DNA from: Octopus sinensis
Lineage: Eukaryota
Assembly: GCF_006345805.1 (NCBI RefSeq)
Contig: NC_043007.1
Location: forward strand, 44,082,001-44,146,000
DNA length: 64,000 bases
Direction: 5' to 3'
The notes under the pieces are model-generated. The model saw only the letters and a list, made by a program, of their open reading frames with translations, did no database searches and was not told the origin of the DNA. The translations under genes were made by a program, and so were the position numbers. Positions 12,001-24,138 of this stretch are shown here, piece by piece. Position 1 is the first letter of the stretch. The number at the start of each line of letters is the position of its first letter.

Positions 12001-12920
12001 CCGAAATGGTTAATCTAGATCTATCCCCACACAGGCACTTTCCAACGCACCCTTTTTGCTTCTAGATCCTCTATAAACCAATTTGTCCAGTCCGTTCTTT
12101 CCACGACGCCAGCTCTGGAGAACATCCTCACTGTCCATCGCTTTCCTGCAGCCGTTGACTTACTCTGGCCAAAAGGAAATCTTTACGTGGGTACTCAACT
12201 GGCAGGAAATAACAGCCAAATTTCCCCTCATACCATACCTTACCATCTTAAAGCAATAAAAAACACACATTAGATATTGTAACTCAAGATATTCCTAATG
12301 AAACAGGATAGTTATGGCAGGAATGCTTTTGATCATAGGTCTGCTCAGTCAAAGAGGACCTGCCATGCAAACCTTTTGGTACTTTGTATCTACCAAACAT
12401 GTTAATGTCTTGTAAGAAAGCAATGAAAAACCACATTTCTTTTCTCCTGTGATTATTCCATGACTAGCATATAGAGCTTGTCATAGAAGTCATCAAGGGT
12501 TGTTCAACGGCCTGATACAAGAAAGGAAGATATTTAATATTGTTTTTCACACCACAAATATACCATGTATATAACAGGCAATGATAGAGTCTCTATGAGG
12601 CCACTTGATCCAATAGAATAATAACAGCAAAATCTCCCTCAAACCACACCTTTCCAACTTGCAAGAAAGGATGGTGTCATTGGATAATATTATTCAAAAT
12701 AGGCTCTGTCTGAAAATGCACATAAGAAAAGACATGATGGTGACAATTGGAATGCATTCTGGATCCACTTGATCAGTGTTGACCAGAGGTTGAACAACAT
12801 TTATCATGTATTGTGTGCTAGGATGCAAGATGAATTCTTGGGTTTCAAGCAGAATATTTCTTTGAAGAATGGTCCCTGATCCCCACTTAAAATGACCCCT
12901 TGATGCCCCTCACCTAATAT

Positions 12921-14425
12921 TAGGGGTTGTATATAATTGATTGGAACCTTTCCAATCAATTATTTTCCTAGCAATCAATTATTGCAATTAATTGTCAATC
13001 CTTTTACCAAACATAAATCACCGTACATTTTGGAGTGTTAGCTTCGATTTAGACGAGAGCCAAAATGATAGGAAAATAAAAGCCACATCCTATAGTTTCA
13101 AAAAACTTTATTATCAGAAAACATTCGAAGTTCAATTTTATTGATTTAGAATAGGGAACAAACAACATGTATACTCTACATTGTACAGTAGTTGAAAAAC
13201 AAATAAATTGAAGGTCTTTAATTGAAAGAGATTCTCAAACAAGTAGCACAATTAAAATGTTCTAATACAGCAAAAGGTCATGAACGATTGCAGGTTTCTG
13301 AAATTAGGTCTTCATCCCAGAAAGCGCGATTGACTTTTAAAAATAATTGCATTTCTAAATTCATTGGTGTAAAGTATTGCCAAAACTCATTAAAAGTGTA
13401 ACCTGTTGAGCTGAAGAAACGTTCCAAAATGGTGGACGTTGATGACAAAAATCTACAGTTCAGATATTACTGAGGTGAAATTTTATCTTCTTTGTACTTT
13501 TTCAAACAAATTGAAGCTAAATCATCATCTTCTACAGGTAAGTCAGACTTTGGTGACGTGTCTGTCACCACTTTCAGCTGATGTAGAGCAGCCACTTCAT
13601 TTGCAGTTAGCTCTGCTTCTGCATGTTGTAAAATTTTCACAACTCCACTTTCAAAATTTGGACTGTGCACAATGGCTGCCGATGGAAGCAAATATTTTAA
13701 AAACTCCTCGTAAGGATACAATGCAAAAATTTTGTCAAAAAGAATTCAAGCATCTCCCAAATTTATTTCTGTTCTTTGCAAAGTGACTGTTACTGAGCAT
13801 AAATTTCCTAAATTGTCTTTTAGAATCTGCAGATCATTATGATTGCGTGGATCACCTTGAAAAGAGTCTAAAAACAGCTTTGAGTTGGATGTACCTCTCA
13901 ATTATGTCATAAGTGCTGGACCAATGGGTTTTATTTCTTTGTGTAGATTGCAAAGATGTTTTTTCCCAAAGTTTACCCAGAAGTTTTAATGATTTTAGCT
14001 TGCCCATCAACATATTAATTTTATCAAGTAGAACTTCCTTTTTGTCGAGATAAGCAAAAACAGCTAGATTGAATTTATGAGAGGTACATCATACTGATGG
14101 TATTCTACACAAATTCGCTATAGATTTGTTCCCTTCAGTATTATCTTCGGTAATAGCTACATTTTCTAAATTTTTATCATAGAGACTTAACACATACTCT
14201 ATAAATTCGACATAATCAGAAGCATTGAATGATGTTTCACTTACCATTGGCGAAATGCCAGCAAAACGGTATAATAGTCATTTTGATAATTGCACAGATA
14301 AGATGCGAAAAGTCCAATCAAATGCATCGAACCCTTAGTCCAACCATCGATTACCAACGAGAATTTACTTGGAAGTTCATCAGATATTTTTTCTCCACTT
14401 CTTGAGTAAGTTTCTCCATGTGAAG
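12921..14425 (-). mobile_element. Decayed hAT-superfamily DNA transposon (transposase pseudogene) in C1orf198 intron 1
   Basis: Minus-strand fragments are FSLVIDGWTKGSMHLIGLFASY (DxW), CTSHKFNLAV (CxxH), THWSSTY (TRWxS), IVHSPNFESGVVKI and ERFFSS...LEMQLFLKVNRAFWD (dimerisation motif). The element end TAGGG at 12921 carries caatcaatta subterminal repeats. Confidence 0.8.
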
Positions 14426-14427
14426 TG

Positions 14428-14760
14428 GATGCTTTTTACGTGCCACCGGCACAGGAGCCAGTAAGGTGGACCTGGCAATGATCACATTCAGATGGTGCTT
14501 TTTACGTGTCACCAGCACGGGAGCCAGTCAGTGGGTACTGGCATCAGTCATGATCAGTTGGTGCTTTTTACATACCACTGGCACAGGAGCCAGTCAGGCA
14601 GACCTGGCATCGGCTACATTCGGTTGGTGCCTTTTACGTACTACTGGCACGGGGCCCAGTCTGGCGGATCTCGCATCGACTTCATCCAGAGGTGCTTTTT
14701 ATGTGCTACTGGCATGGGAGCCAGTCAGAGGGCACCAACCCTAGCTATGATATTGGTTTT
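14428..14760 (-). repeat. About five tandem ~62-bp units from an RTE/SINE 3' region
   Basis: Repeated unit gtgctttttacgtgccac.ggcac.ggagccagtc. The same unit occurs in LINE tails elsewhere in the window. Confidence 0.75.
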
Positions 14761-14970
14761 ACTTGACTCAACAGGTCTTCTCAAGCATATCATATCATAT
14801 CGTCCGACACATCAGGAGTATTTTTAATAGAGCTGAATGTACGTGGCTGCAATCTCACATTAGTTGCTGGGTCTTGTGTTTTAAAATTACATTTATTAAT
14901 ACTTGTTAATGTTTATATGTGTGGGTTCTGTTTGCTCACTCTTTATCTTCTTTACAATATTATTTCCTAG

Positions 14971-15021
14971 TGTCAAACTTGGCCTGATGAACATTCTGGA
15001 CCATTTTCCTGGAAGACAAAG
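14971..15021 (+). CDS. C1orf198: C1orf198 homolog, exon 2
   Basis: Structure is tttcctag|CQTWPDEHSGPFSWKTK|gtttgc (51 nt, phase 0-0). It matches human DLTWQDEHSAPFSWETK. Confidence 0.92.
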
Positions 15022-16148
15022 GTTTGCATTGAAATTTAACAGTTTCCTTTTTGTTTTGTTTTTTGTTCTTGTTAATCTATCTAATTGATTCAAAGAGGAC
15101 ATCTGATGTTTGTGCGACTGTACATCATGCATGATGTGTATAGTGTACATGTGTGTGTATATATATAAATATAATTAATAATGGTCAGGAGAATGGAATT
15201 TGCCTAATAGTGGTTTTGTCTCTAATTTAATATAATATATATATATATATATGGTTTAACCTTTGCTAGTTTGGATAAACTTGTTAGATTAGAATTTTAA
15301 AATTTATTTAATAAAGCATATTAATTAATTTATTTATTAAGCTTTTTACTTTTCATTTTTTTCTTTCTTTTTTGGCAGAGACGGAAGGGGGCTTGAATTT
15401 CTTCAATTCAGTTCCCTTTATTTTAATGTATAATTTCTAATCTTTCTGCTATCGCTGTTTCTATTCTGAACTTACAGTTACTGCTTATGAGCACTACCAC
15501 CCACCCATTCTTTACTCCATAAAGTGATTGACTAAAGAAGCAGAAAAAGTGTAGGGTTATGGGGTCTTTCTTGTCCTATCTCATTGAGGACTATTCAACT
15601 TCTCCAGTCTTGATGGTATGAGAAATTTCAACCAGTACACTAAGGTGGTTAGTATTATGAAAGGCATCTACCCATTAAAACCAAGCCAAATGACTGATAT
15701 GGGCACTAAGTATTAAGGATCTGTAGCTCCCTTGGGAAGTGACTCTGTGATAACCCATTCAACTAGACCAGCAAAGAAAGAGGACATGAAAATGATGATG
15801 ATGGTTATGAGGATTCTTAATTAATTTCAATTGACAAAGTTGAGTGATGCTACAGAATGTCAGTTTAAATGTTTTACAGTCATTGCTCATGTCTCTCTAA
15901 GATCAAATCCTGCTTTGGGCTACTTTCACTGTCATTCATTTTTAGAAGTTATACAGTTGGCTCAGTTCAGATAATTAATATGTTAGTTCTTACAAAATTT
16001 ATGTGTTTAAGTAGAAAATCAATCATGTTGATTAATTAGTTTTCAATTATTGAAGAGTGTTGCAGTTTACTCGATACATTGTATTTATATATACTTTTAT
16101 TTATTTTCAATTATCTTATGAAATAATTTTTTTTTTCCTTATTGTTAG

Positions 16149-17105
16149 AGCCAGCAAGATTTAACATTACTGGATCTTGAACCGGACCAACTCACAAAGA
16201 AAAGTGAAAGAACTAGGAAGGCCCCACCCCCTGCTAAACAGGTATTTGAAACAAAGACTTGTCCTTGGAAAAGAGAGAATGGTGGTATATGGGATTCTCC
16301 TTTCCTTGCCGCAGAGCGTGGCATGGACCCTGTATTTACCAACAACATCACTGAACCCAACTCTAACACTAATTCAGAAGAAGAAGAAAAGAACACTGCC
16401 ATTCAAGAAGATCAACCCCTAACGGATACAAAAGTCATTCCACCCTCAAAGCAACCACCTCCACTTCCTTCAACACGTCCCCCTTCAATTACCAGACCTC
16501 CTTCTGTAAGGCCACCTCCACCACCTGTCCCCACCACTGTGCCTAGAAAAGTAGACTACCATACTGTGCCTCTAGCTGATTCACATCCGAAAAAAGCTGG
16601 CCGGAAGAGTCATCGCAATTCAAGAGCTGAAATAAAGGCATCAACACAGAAGAACTCTTTAAACCAAGAAGCTAAACAGAATGTTGACCACAAACGAGAT
16701 TCTGGTAAATTTGAATCTCAAGTTGCTGCTGGTACCCATTTGTCAATTAATAACCCTGCATTTACCAGTAATGATGAGAAGGGCGTTGATGATCCAAAAG
16801 CTGCTACTACTTCTTTAGGTTCAAAAGGAGAATGGTCACATTTTATTGGCGAAAAAGAGGCAAGTAGTGCCAGCTCAACACCAACAAAGCAGCTTTTGAA
16901 AGAACCAGAGCCAATGTCCATCTCCAGACAAGTAGAACCAATTCCAATGAAGAATACCAGTTATGTTGTTGATGAAGAAGAAAGTGTCGCATATTCCTGC
17001 AACAATGAGGAATCAGAATCTTTGCTGAAGACCAATGACCAATTTGAAAAAGCTAATCTGAATGCTGTCAACACTATGGAATCTGAAGAGAATGATGAAT
17101 CGAAG
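16149..17105 (+). CDS. C1orf198: C1orf198 homolog, exon 3 (long, low-complexity and Pro-rich)
   Basis: Structure is ttgttag|SQQDLTLLDL...ENDESK|gtaaga, a 957-nt open phase 0-0 exon containing the supplied 274-aa ORF. It starts with SQ, as the human protein does after WETK. Confidence 0.88.
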
Positions 17106-18037
17106 GTAAGAACTTTTGTTTCTTTAAATTTCAATCATTTTCAGTGATTCTTTTTACTTCAAGTCAGATATTGTTATTTAGCCCTTGTTCAGCTCTGATG
17201 CAGCTGACCTATGATCAAAGACTTTCCAGCTGTGACTGTTCCATCTATTTTTTCTTTTTTGTATATTAGGAGTACATTGTCTGAAGTCTTCTTTTCTCTA
17301 AGTGGTAGAGTGTTATTTGAAATCAATTTGGTTGTTAATTCTAATGAGTCAAGTAATGGTATAGAAGCTCCTTTATTGGCACAGGGTGGTAAAAAAAATA
17401 GTGAGTTGACAAAGAATAGCAGTAAGATATCAGACTAACTTCTATCAAGCCAACAATTGGTATACTCTTACCTCTGCTACATTGAAGTCATATGAACCAA
17501 GTAAAATAATTATATGTTGCTCCTATACTCAGCAAAGACAAGGGGTGTGACAGTAATCCCTGTCAATGTGTTTTGCCATTGGATATGTGCTCTGATTGTG
17601 ATTTTTGAATGGTTCTCATTGTGGAATATTTAGTGAGAAGCTCATCACTGCACAGGTATTCACTTACAGAAAGATATCTATCATTATAATGTTCAAACCT
17701 TTCACTTTACACCACTGGTAATCTCATAATTGCTTAGAAGCCAATGTGGAAGCCTGTATATTGTTGTTTGACTTGCTAGAAAATAACAACCACCTCTCCC
17801 TCATATTACATCCTAACATATTAGATAAAGGACACATTATCATTGGATAATGTAGTTCAGATTACACTGTATAAGAAGGAAAAAATAGGACCATCATGGC
17901 TGGAATATTATTCATCATAGGTCTGCTAGATGATGCTTCATTACGGACTAATACAACAATAATAATCATACCTACTTGAAGTTATAGAAGAGGAGACTAA
18001 TTTCTTCATACTTCATAGTTTGTTCTTGCATACATTA

Positions 18038-19297
18038 CAGGGTGCATCAGTATTTTGAGGTGATTTGTATGAATTTAGAAAAAGACTCATAGCTCATCAA
18101 AGGAAAGCTATATTTGAAAACAAATTGGTACAAATAATGTTGAGAATCCTTTTACCCCACCCATTCAATAAATCTACTGTTAGCATCAATGGCTGCTTTA
18201 ATACAGTGTTGGAAGTGGTGACATGCCCAAACCAGATGAGCATTATCAATTTTGGACATAGTACTGGTTATGGTAGACTTGAAAGGCGTATGGTGTTATG
18301 GTGGTGTTGATTGACCTCTCTCTCAACTACACCCCATACTTAATAGATTGGGTTCTAGTGAGCTAAGAGGCCATATGTCTGGGAGAACATGATCCACATT
18401 TGGGCTGTCTTAGCTTTATGAGACTGTGCAGAGTCTTGTTGATAGACAAACAGTCTTGTGTTGCATAGTCTATTTATCCAGGGCTTCACAACTTTCTCCA
18501 ACACCTCTGCATAAACAGTGGCATTGACTCTTCAGTCCTATGCAAAAAAAGTCTGGAGGCATGATATCTACTTCGTTACTGAGGAGCAACAGTGATATCT
18601 CCCTCATTCTAGGAGCAACTGTGATGAATCCTAGAACCATCACAGTTGCTGGGAACTTAGTATGCATGAGTGTTGGAATGTCATTCGGGTTTCTGAATTC
18701 TTGTAATTCCTTCAGTTTACTATTTGGTCCTGAATGAAGATTTTCTCATTGGAAAAAAAAAAAACACCAGCCTTTTGGTGTTTTAATTTGTTTAGCAAGT
18801 GCTTTGCATGAATCAAACAATTCTCTCTTGTCACATCCAACATAAACTGACCCCCCTGCATCACATACAACTTTTACCAGCTGTTCTCATGCACAGCTCT
18901 TCTGATGGTACATTCTGAAACCTTGAGGTTTTCCAATGGCTCTCATAGATTACCTGGGGTTTTTATCGATTATTTCTTGGACTTTTTGTGCAAAGTTATG
19001 TTTTGAAGATATTAGGGCCCTGTGCATGTGTTCTGCATTTAGCTGCTGATGGTAGATTCCTGTCAGTAGCTTCCATCTCCTTTTGAACTTTGACAATGAA
19101 AGATCAGGCAACTTTCAGGAAACAAGCTATCTCTGTATCACCATACTGCACTCTTAAGACAATGATTACTGTGTGCCTTTTCATTTGCTGAGTCAACCTG
19201 AAGTCTGACATTATTTGTCTGAAAAGTAAGGTGAAAAAAATAAGAAGCAAGTTAGAGCTCTTGAAAGAGGTGACCTCAAAACAACTGACACACCCTG
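18038..19297 (-). mobile_element. Decayed Tc1/mariner (maT/DD37D-like) element in C1orf198 intron 3
   Basis: TA-flanked TIRs cagggtgcatcagtattttgaggtga / tgacctcaaaacaactgacacaccctg. Transposase remnants are HTKFPATVMVLG..SNEVDIMPPDFF and DIWPLSSLEPNLL. Confidence 0.8.
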
Positions 19298-20880
19298 TAT
19301 ACACTCCATGGATAATTAGTTCCAGCTTATACTGTACTCTTCATGATTAGTTTCTGCATAGACTGCATGCTTCATAGTTGCATACTGAAAGAAGAAAACA
19401 AACTTTCTTCTCAATCTTAAATATTCTCTGTCTAGTTTTCATTGATTTAATCACAAAATATGAATTACTCAGTAACCCAAACCTGGTTGTGAATCATCAA
19501 TATCTCCAGACTCTCTATCTAGCTTCATGTTGATTTAAACAAACAATATGAATGTTAGCTGCTAAGATTTTAATGTAGATGTCATTAGATACCATAATTA
19601 TCAATTTCAGAGAGAAATTGGATTCTAGTTCCATAACTACCACTTACCAAGTGACAGCATTACCAAATATATGACAGTATGTCCATTATAGCCTCTCTCG
19701 AATTATGTCCTCTAAGTTATATCTACTGTTTCTGTTTTAAATGTACTGCTTTATTTCCAGAAGATAATTTGTCAGCCACTTTGCACCAGCAGTTTAGGTT
19801 ATTGTCCAATTTGATTTTGAATTTGATTTGTAGGATTATTTCTTTAGCAAAAAAGGAACCAAAGTAGGATACTTCACTATGTTAGACATTTGTAAAATAA
19901 CCTACTAGGACTAAGTAACTGATGAATTGTCTCATGGAGATAAAATAGTATAGTTATTAGTACAGTTCATGCCAGCATGGAACATAGATACTAAATGGTG
20001 ATGATGGTGAACAGTTTGATAAAACCTAATTTGAGACAACAGAACAGCAAGAGGCCCAACGTATAGTTATAACATGGTCAGCTTACAAGCAAGAGATGCA
20101 TGATTACAGTCCTGTTAATGAATGAACCACTTTCACCTATTCTATATCAAATGAAATGTCTTTTTAATCTTTTAGTCAGGAGGGAAGACAGTATCCATGA
20201 CTCTTTACAGGGTCTCTGAAATTAGTGAGAAGGAAGAAGAGAGGAAGGTATCCTCAAGCCAGTCCAAATGTTTACAACATGTAGACTCCACCAAAGACAC
20301 CCAGGGTGCCTGGTATTGATGTTAAACTATATGACAAATTAAATCTACCACTTGTATAGGCCATGGCAGGGTTTGAACTCAGAATGCAGAGAACCAGAAT
20401 AAATACCATAAGGTATCTGGTTCAACATTTGTACAGTTCCACCAATCCACTGACCTGGATTGGTACTTTTTTTTATTAACCATGAAAGGATGAAAAAGCA
20501 AAGTTGACGTTGGTGAGATTCAAACTTAGAACGTGGAAAGTCAGAATAAATACTGAAATATTCCAATGTTTGAACAAACACAGGTATTTATAATATCTAA
20601 TGTCATAAACAAGGCAGTGAGTTGACAGAATCATTAGCAGACTGGGCAAAATGCTTAGCAGCATTTCATCTATTTTTACATTCTGAGTTCAAGTTCTGCT
20701 GAGGATGACTTTACCATTCATTCTTTCATTAGGGTCAGTGTAATCAACTTACCCACTCTCACAGAATTGCTGGCCTTGTGCCAAAGTTTAAAATAAATAT
20801 CTAATATAATGAATTGACGTATTATCTAAAACTTAAATATATAAAACACTAAAGGATTGTTGTTTTTTTTATAATTGTAG

Positions 20881-20931
20881 CGTGATTCCAACATACTTCG
20901 TTCTGGATTCGACTTCTTGGATGACTGGTAG
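20881..20931 (+). CDS. C1orf198: C1orf198 homolog, terminal coding exon
   Basis: Structure is ttgtag|RDSNILRSGFDFLDDW*. It matches the conserved human C-terminus SNVVLKTGFDFLDNW. Confidence 0.93.
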   Translation, partial: RDSNILRSGFDFLDDW

Positions 20932-21056
20932 ATGAAGTGATATTCCATGGAAAGCATTTTCTTATATGTACATCATGTTTCTCATCATTTATTTGTATCT
21001 TCCTTAAATTATTCTTTTGTGTGTCCTTGAACTTTTTTTAACATGTCTCAGAAAGA

Positions 21057-21062
21057 AATAAA
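21057..21062 (+). terminator. Candidate polyadenylation signal of the C1orf198 homolog
   Basis: First AATAAA, about 125 nt after the stop codon and before the microsatellite and Penelope insertion. Confidence 0.35.
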
Positions 21063-21115
21063 AATTTGAAAGTAATAGTTCATGATTTATATACATACGT
21101 ACATACATACATACG

Positions 21116-21184
<69 letters not shown>

Positions 21185-22452
21185 AAGGAGAATTCACAAA
21201 TAAACAAAAGACGAAGACAGGTGGTGTAGACAACAAACAGATGTATTAGTTTAACGCTCAGGAAGTGAAAAAGTCTTCAACATTTTGAGCCTACGCTCTT
21301 CCTCAGAAAGAAGCAAGGAGAGAAGATAAAGAATGTGTAGTGGCTAGCGATCTATCATGGTGAATGCCAGACAGAAGGGTCACACTGGAGAGCTAGGAAG
21401 AAGGGAAGATAATAAAGTAGTGGCAATCCCAAAATGAAGGTGCATGTGCGTGTGGAAGAGGGCTGGTGACCTTGACATGTGCATGTGTGTATGTATAGGT
21501 GTGAAGATGTGTTGGGAAGTGGTCAGTGCTAGTGTGTGCGTGGTGGTGTGATGTGATGTGTGGAGTGGTGTGTGGTATGGTGGGGGAGGTGAGAATGAGG
21601 AAAGCAAAGGTGGGGGTAGAGGTGGGAGTGGGTGTAAGGGGTGGGGTTATGAGGGAGGGGTGACGATGAAGGGGAGGAGAAGGTGGGTAGGAGTGAAGAG
21701 AAGAAGTAGGAGTCGGAGCAAGAGAGGAGAGTTGAGTTGAGAGTGGTGCAAAGGAGTGAAGAGAGAAGGTTAATCCCTGTTCACGGCGCCAACGGAAGTC
21801 TGGATGGCGCCTGTGCAAGGACAATCCGAACACAGACAGGTGTTGCAAAGAGTGGGCAGGAGCAGGGGAATGAGCTGGGTTGGGTTAGGGAAGAAGCTGT
21901 GGACCAAGAGGTCTCGTAGGTTGTAGTCTTGTTTGAAGGAGGGGAAGGATTAGACTGGAGTCGCCAGAAGGCTCGGAGAATGGTGCATTGGAGAGGTACG
22001 GAGGTAGGTGAGGGGAAACAGGAGATGGCAGAGAGCAAATGCACAGTCCACAGAACGTGCTCTGGCAAGGGCGGTGTGAATAGTGATAAGGGGATATCCA
22101 CGTAGGATGAAGTTGCAAGCCATGAGTTGAGATTGAGTCTCAGAGTCATGGTTGTCACTACAGAGCCTGTGTAGATGGAGGAATAGGGGATGGAAAGCTT
22201 GGTGTGTTTAGGATGGGAAGAGGAGAAGTTGAGGTTTGTGTTTGTAGTGGATGGAGGTGGTGAGAGTGGAATGATGCATGCTGACCGAAATGTCAAGAAA
22301 GGAGACAGCTGGATGGAAAGATTTGACAAAAGAAAGGAAGGAGTCTAGATGTTCACAGGAGAGTGAGTTCGCACTGATACAGTCGTCAATATAACGGCCG
22401 TATAGTTCAGGAGTGGGACTGGTGAAACTTGAGAATATTTGGGCCTCAACAT
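21185..22452 (-). mobile_element. Penelope-like retroelement fragment (RT plus GIY-YIG end plus 3' pLTR)
   Basis: Contains YGRYIDDCI (RT), VSFLDISV, and the C-terminal MQHLSVFGLSLHR...REQGLTFSLHSFAP. The left end carries a hammerhead-like motif. Confidence 0.85.
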
Positions 22453-22463
22453 ATATATGTATA

Positions 22464-23605
22464 CAATATCTCACAGAAGTATGTACACTCTTAAAAATTT
22501 TCAGTAAAATTACCACTACTCTGGTAATATTGAAGGAAATCAAACAAAATTTATACTGAATAAAATATATTATACAAACAAATATACACATTTGGAACAC
22601 AAAACAATAAACATTTTCAAAGATATGAACTAAATATTAATTTTCAAACGATACAAAAATACATATACCCTAAAGGATTATTTGCAATATTCAATATTTG
22701 GTGTGACCACCCTTGCTTTCAATGACTGCATTAAGTTGACTAAATTTCTGCATATAACCAATGAAATCAACCTCCATTCATCCTGAATGATGTCTTTCAA
22801 CTATGTTACATTGTGAGGTTTTTTCTCCTCAACCTTCCTTTCCAAAACACCCCACAGATGTTCTATTGGGTTTAAATCAGGTGACATGGTAGGCCAAGAC
22901 AATACCTTTACCTTTTTTTTTTTCTGCTCTAGGCACAAGGCCTGAAATGTTTGGGAAGGGGGCCAGTCAATTAGATCGACCCCAGTACACAACCGGTACT
23001 TAATTTATCGACCCCAAAAGGAGGAAAGTCAAAGTCAACCTTGGTGGAAGATGTTTATTGCTTAGCTGCCCAGTAGCTTTGTACTTCTGAATTATTTTGG
23101 CAACTGTGTTTATGTTAATATGTATTCATTTGCTAATTAATTTGTATCCTAAACCATTCTTGTGCAAATTAACAATAATTTCCTTCGAATCTTCAGACAA
23201 TTCTTTTCCTTTTGGTGCCATTTTAATCACAATGAAGATTTTTACCATAGTACACAAATCAGAATTCCTTCAGATGCAATAATAATGACCAGTGCAAAAG
23301 TGCCAGGAGAAATAATTTATTAGAATTGAAATTATCAGCAACATCTGAATTTAGTGAAAAAAAAGTGGATAAAATATTGAATATAGCAAATTTCGTTTAG
23401 GGTGTACATATTTTTGTATCGTTTGAAAATTAATATTTCATTCATATCTTTGAAAATGTTTATTGTTTTCTGTTCCAAATTTGTATATTGTTTGCACATA
23501 TAATATATTTTCAGTATAATTTTAATTGATTTCCTTCAATATTATCAGAATAATGGCAATTTTACTAAAAAGTTTTAGGGTTGTACATACTTCTGTGAGA
23601 TACTG
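22464..23605 (-). mobile_element. Internally deleted Tc1 element with long (~235 bp) IR/DR-type TIRs
   Basis: Ends TA|caatatctcacagaagtatgtacac...gtacatacttctgtgagatactg|TA. Internal remnant [27 protein letters not shown] fragment is inserted at about 22930-23050. Confidence 0.88.
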
Positions 23606-24138
23606 TATATATAAGTAATTTTATATTAAGGTATACACCTTATAGTATGCTGTTTAAAGCCAATTCACAGTGTTCAACTACCTGGTGTCAACAACAGTAC
23701 GGATATAATGTCACAGGATTTACTTCAGGAATTACTTCATATCTCCAGAGTTTATAAAACACAAGAGAAAGAAAATGAAATTCACAAAATTTTTTATTAT
23801 TCACTATAATCATCTCAACCTACTTTCACCCGGTGCCTTGCAGGTAATAGAATTTATATTTTTTGATTCATTGTAAGTCACCATATTGCTTACTTATATG
23901 AGAAGAATTCTACATTATAAACCAGTTCTCCATGTAGCCAAGTAACACAGTACAATTACATTCTAATAGAAATAAGTGAAACAGAGATTAAAGAAAGAGG
24001 TGCCTGATGAGACACATCTACACCTACAATGCCCCACAACTGTTTGTGCAACATATCACCCACAAGGTATCAGTGCATAATGGGTTGAAACAATCGTAGT
24101 GAGTGATAATGAATCTCATTCCATTTTCTTTTCCTCAT

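Noticed and set aside
14428-14760. Repeat-spacer-like array that superficially resembles CRISPR
   Set aside because: The units are degenerate tandem copies of a LINE/SINE tail motif found throughout the window. The spacers resemble each other, there are no cas genes, and the context is eukaryotic.
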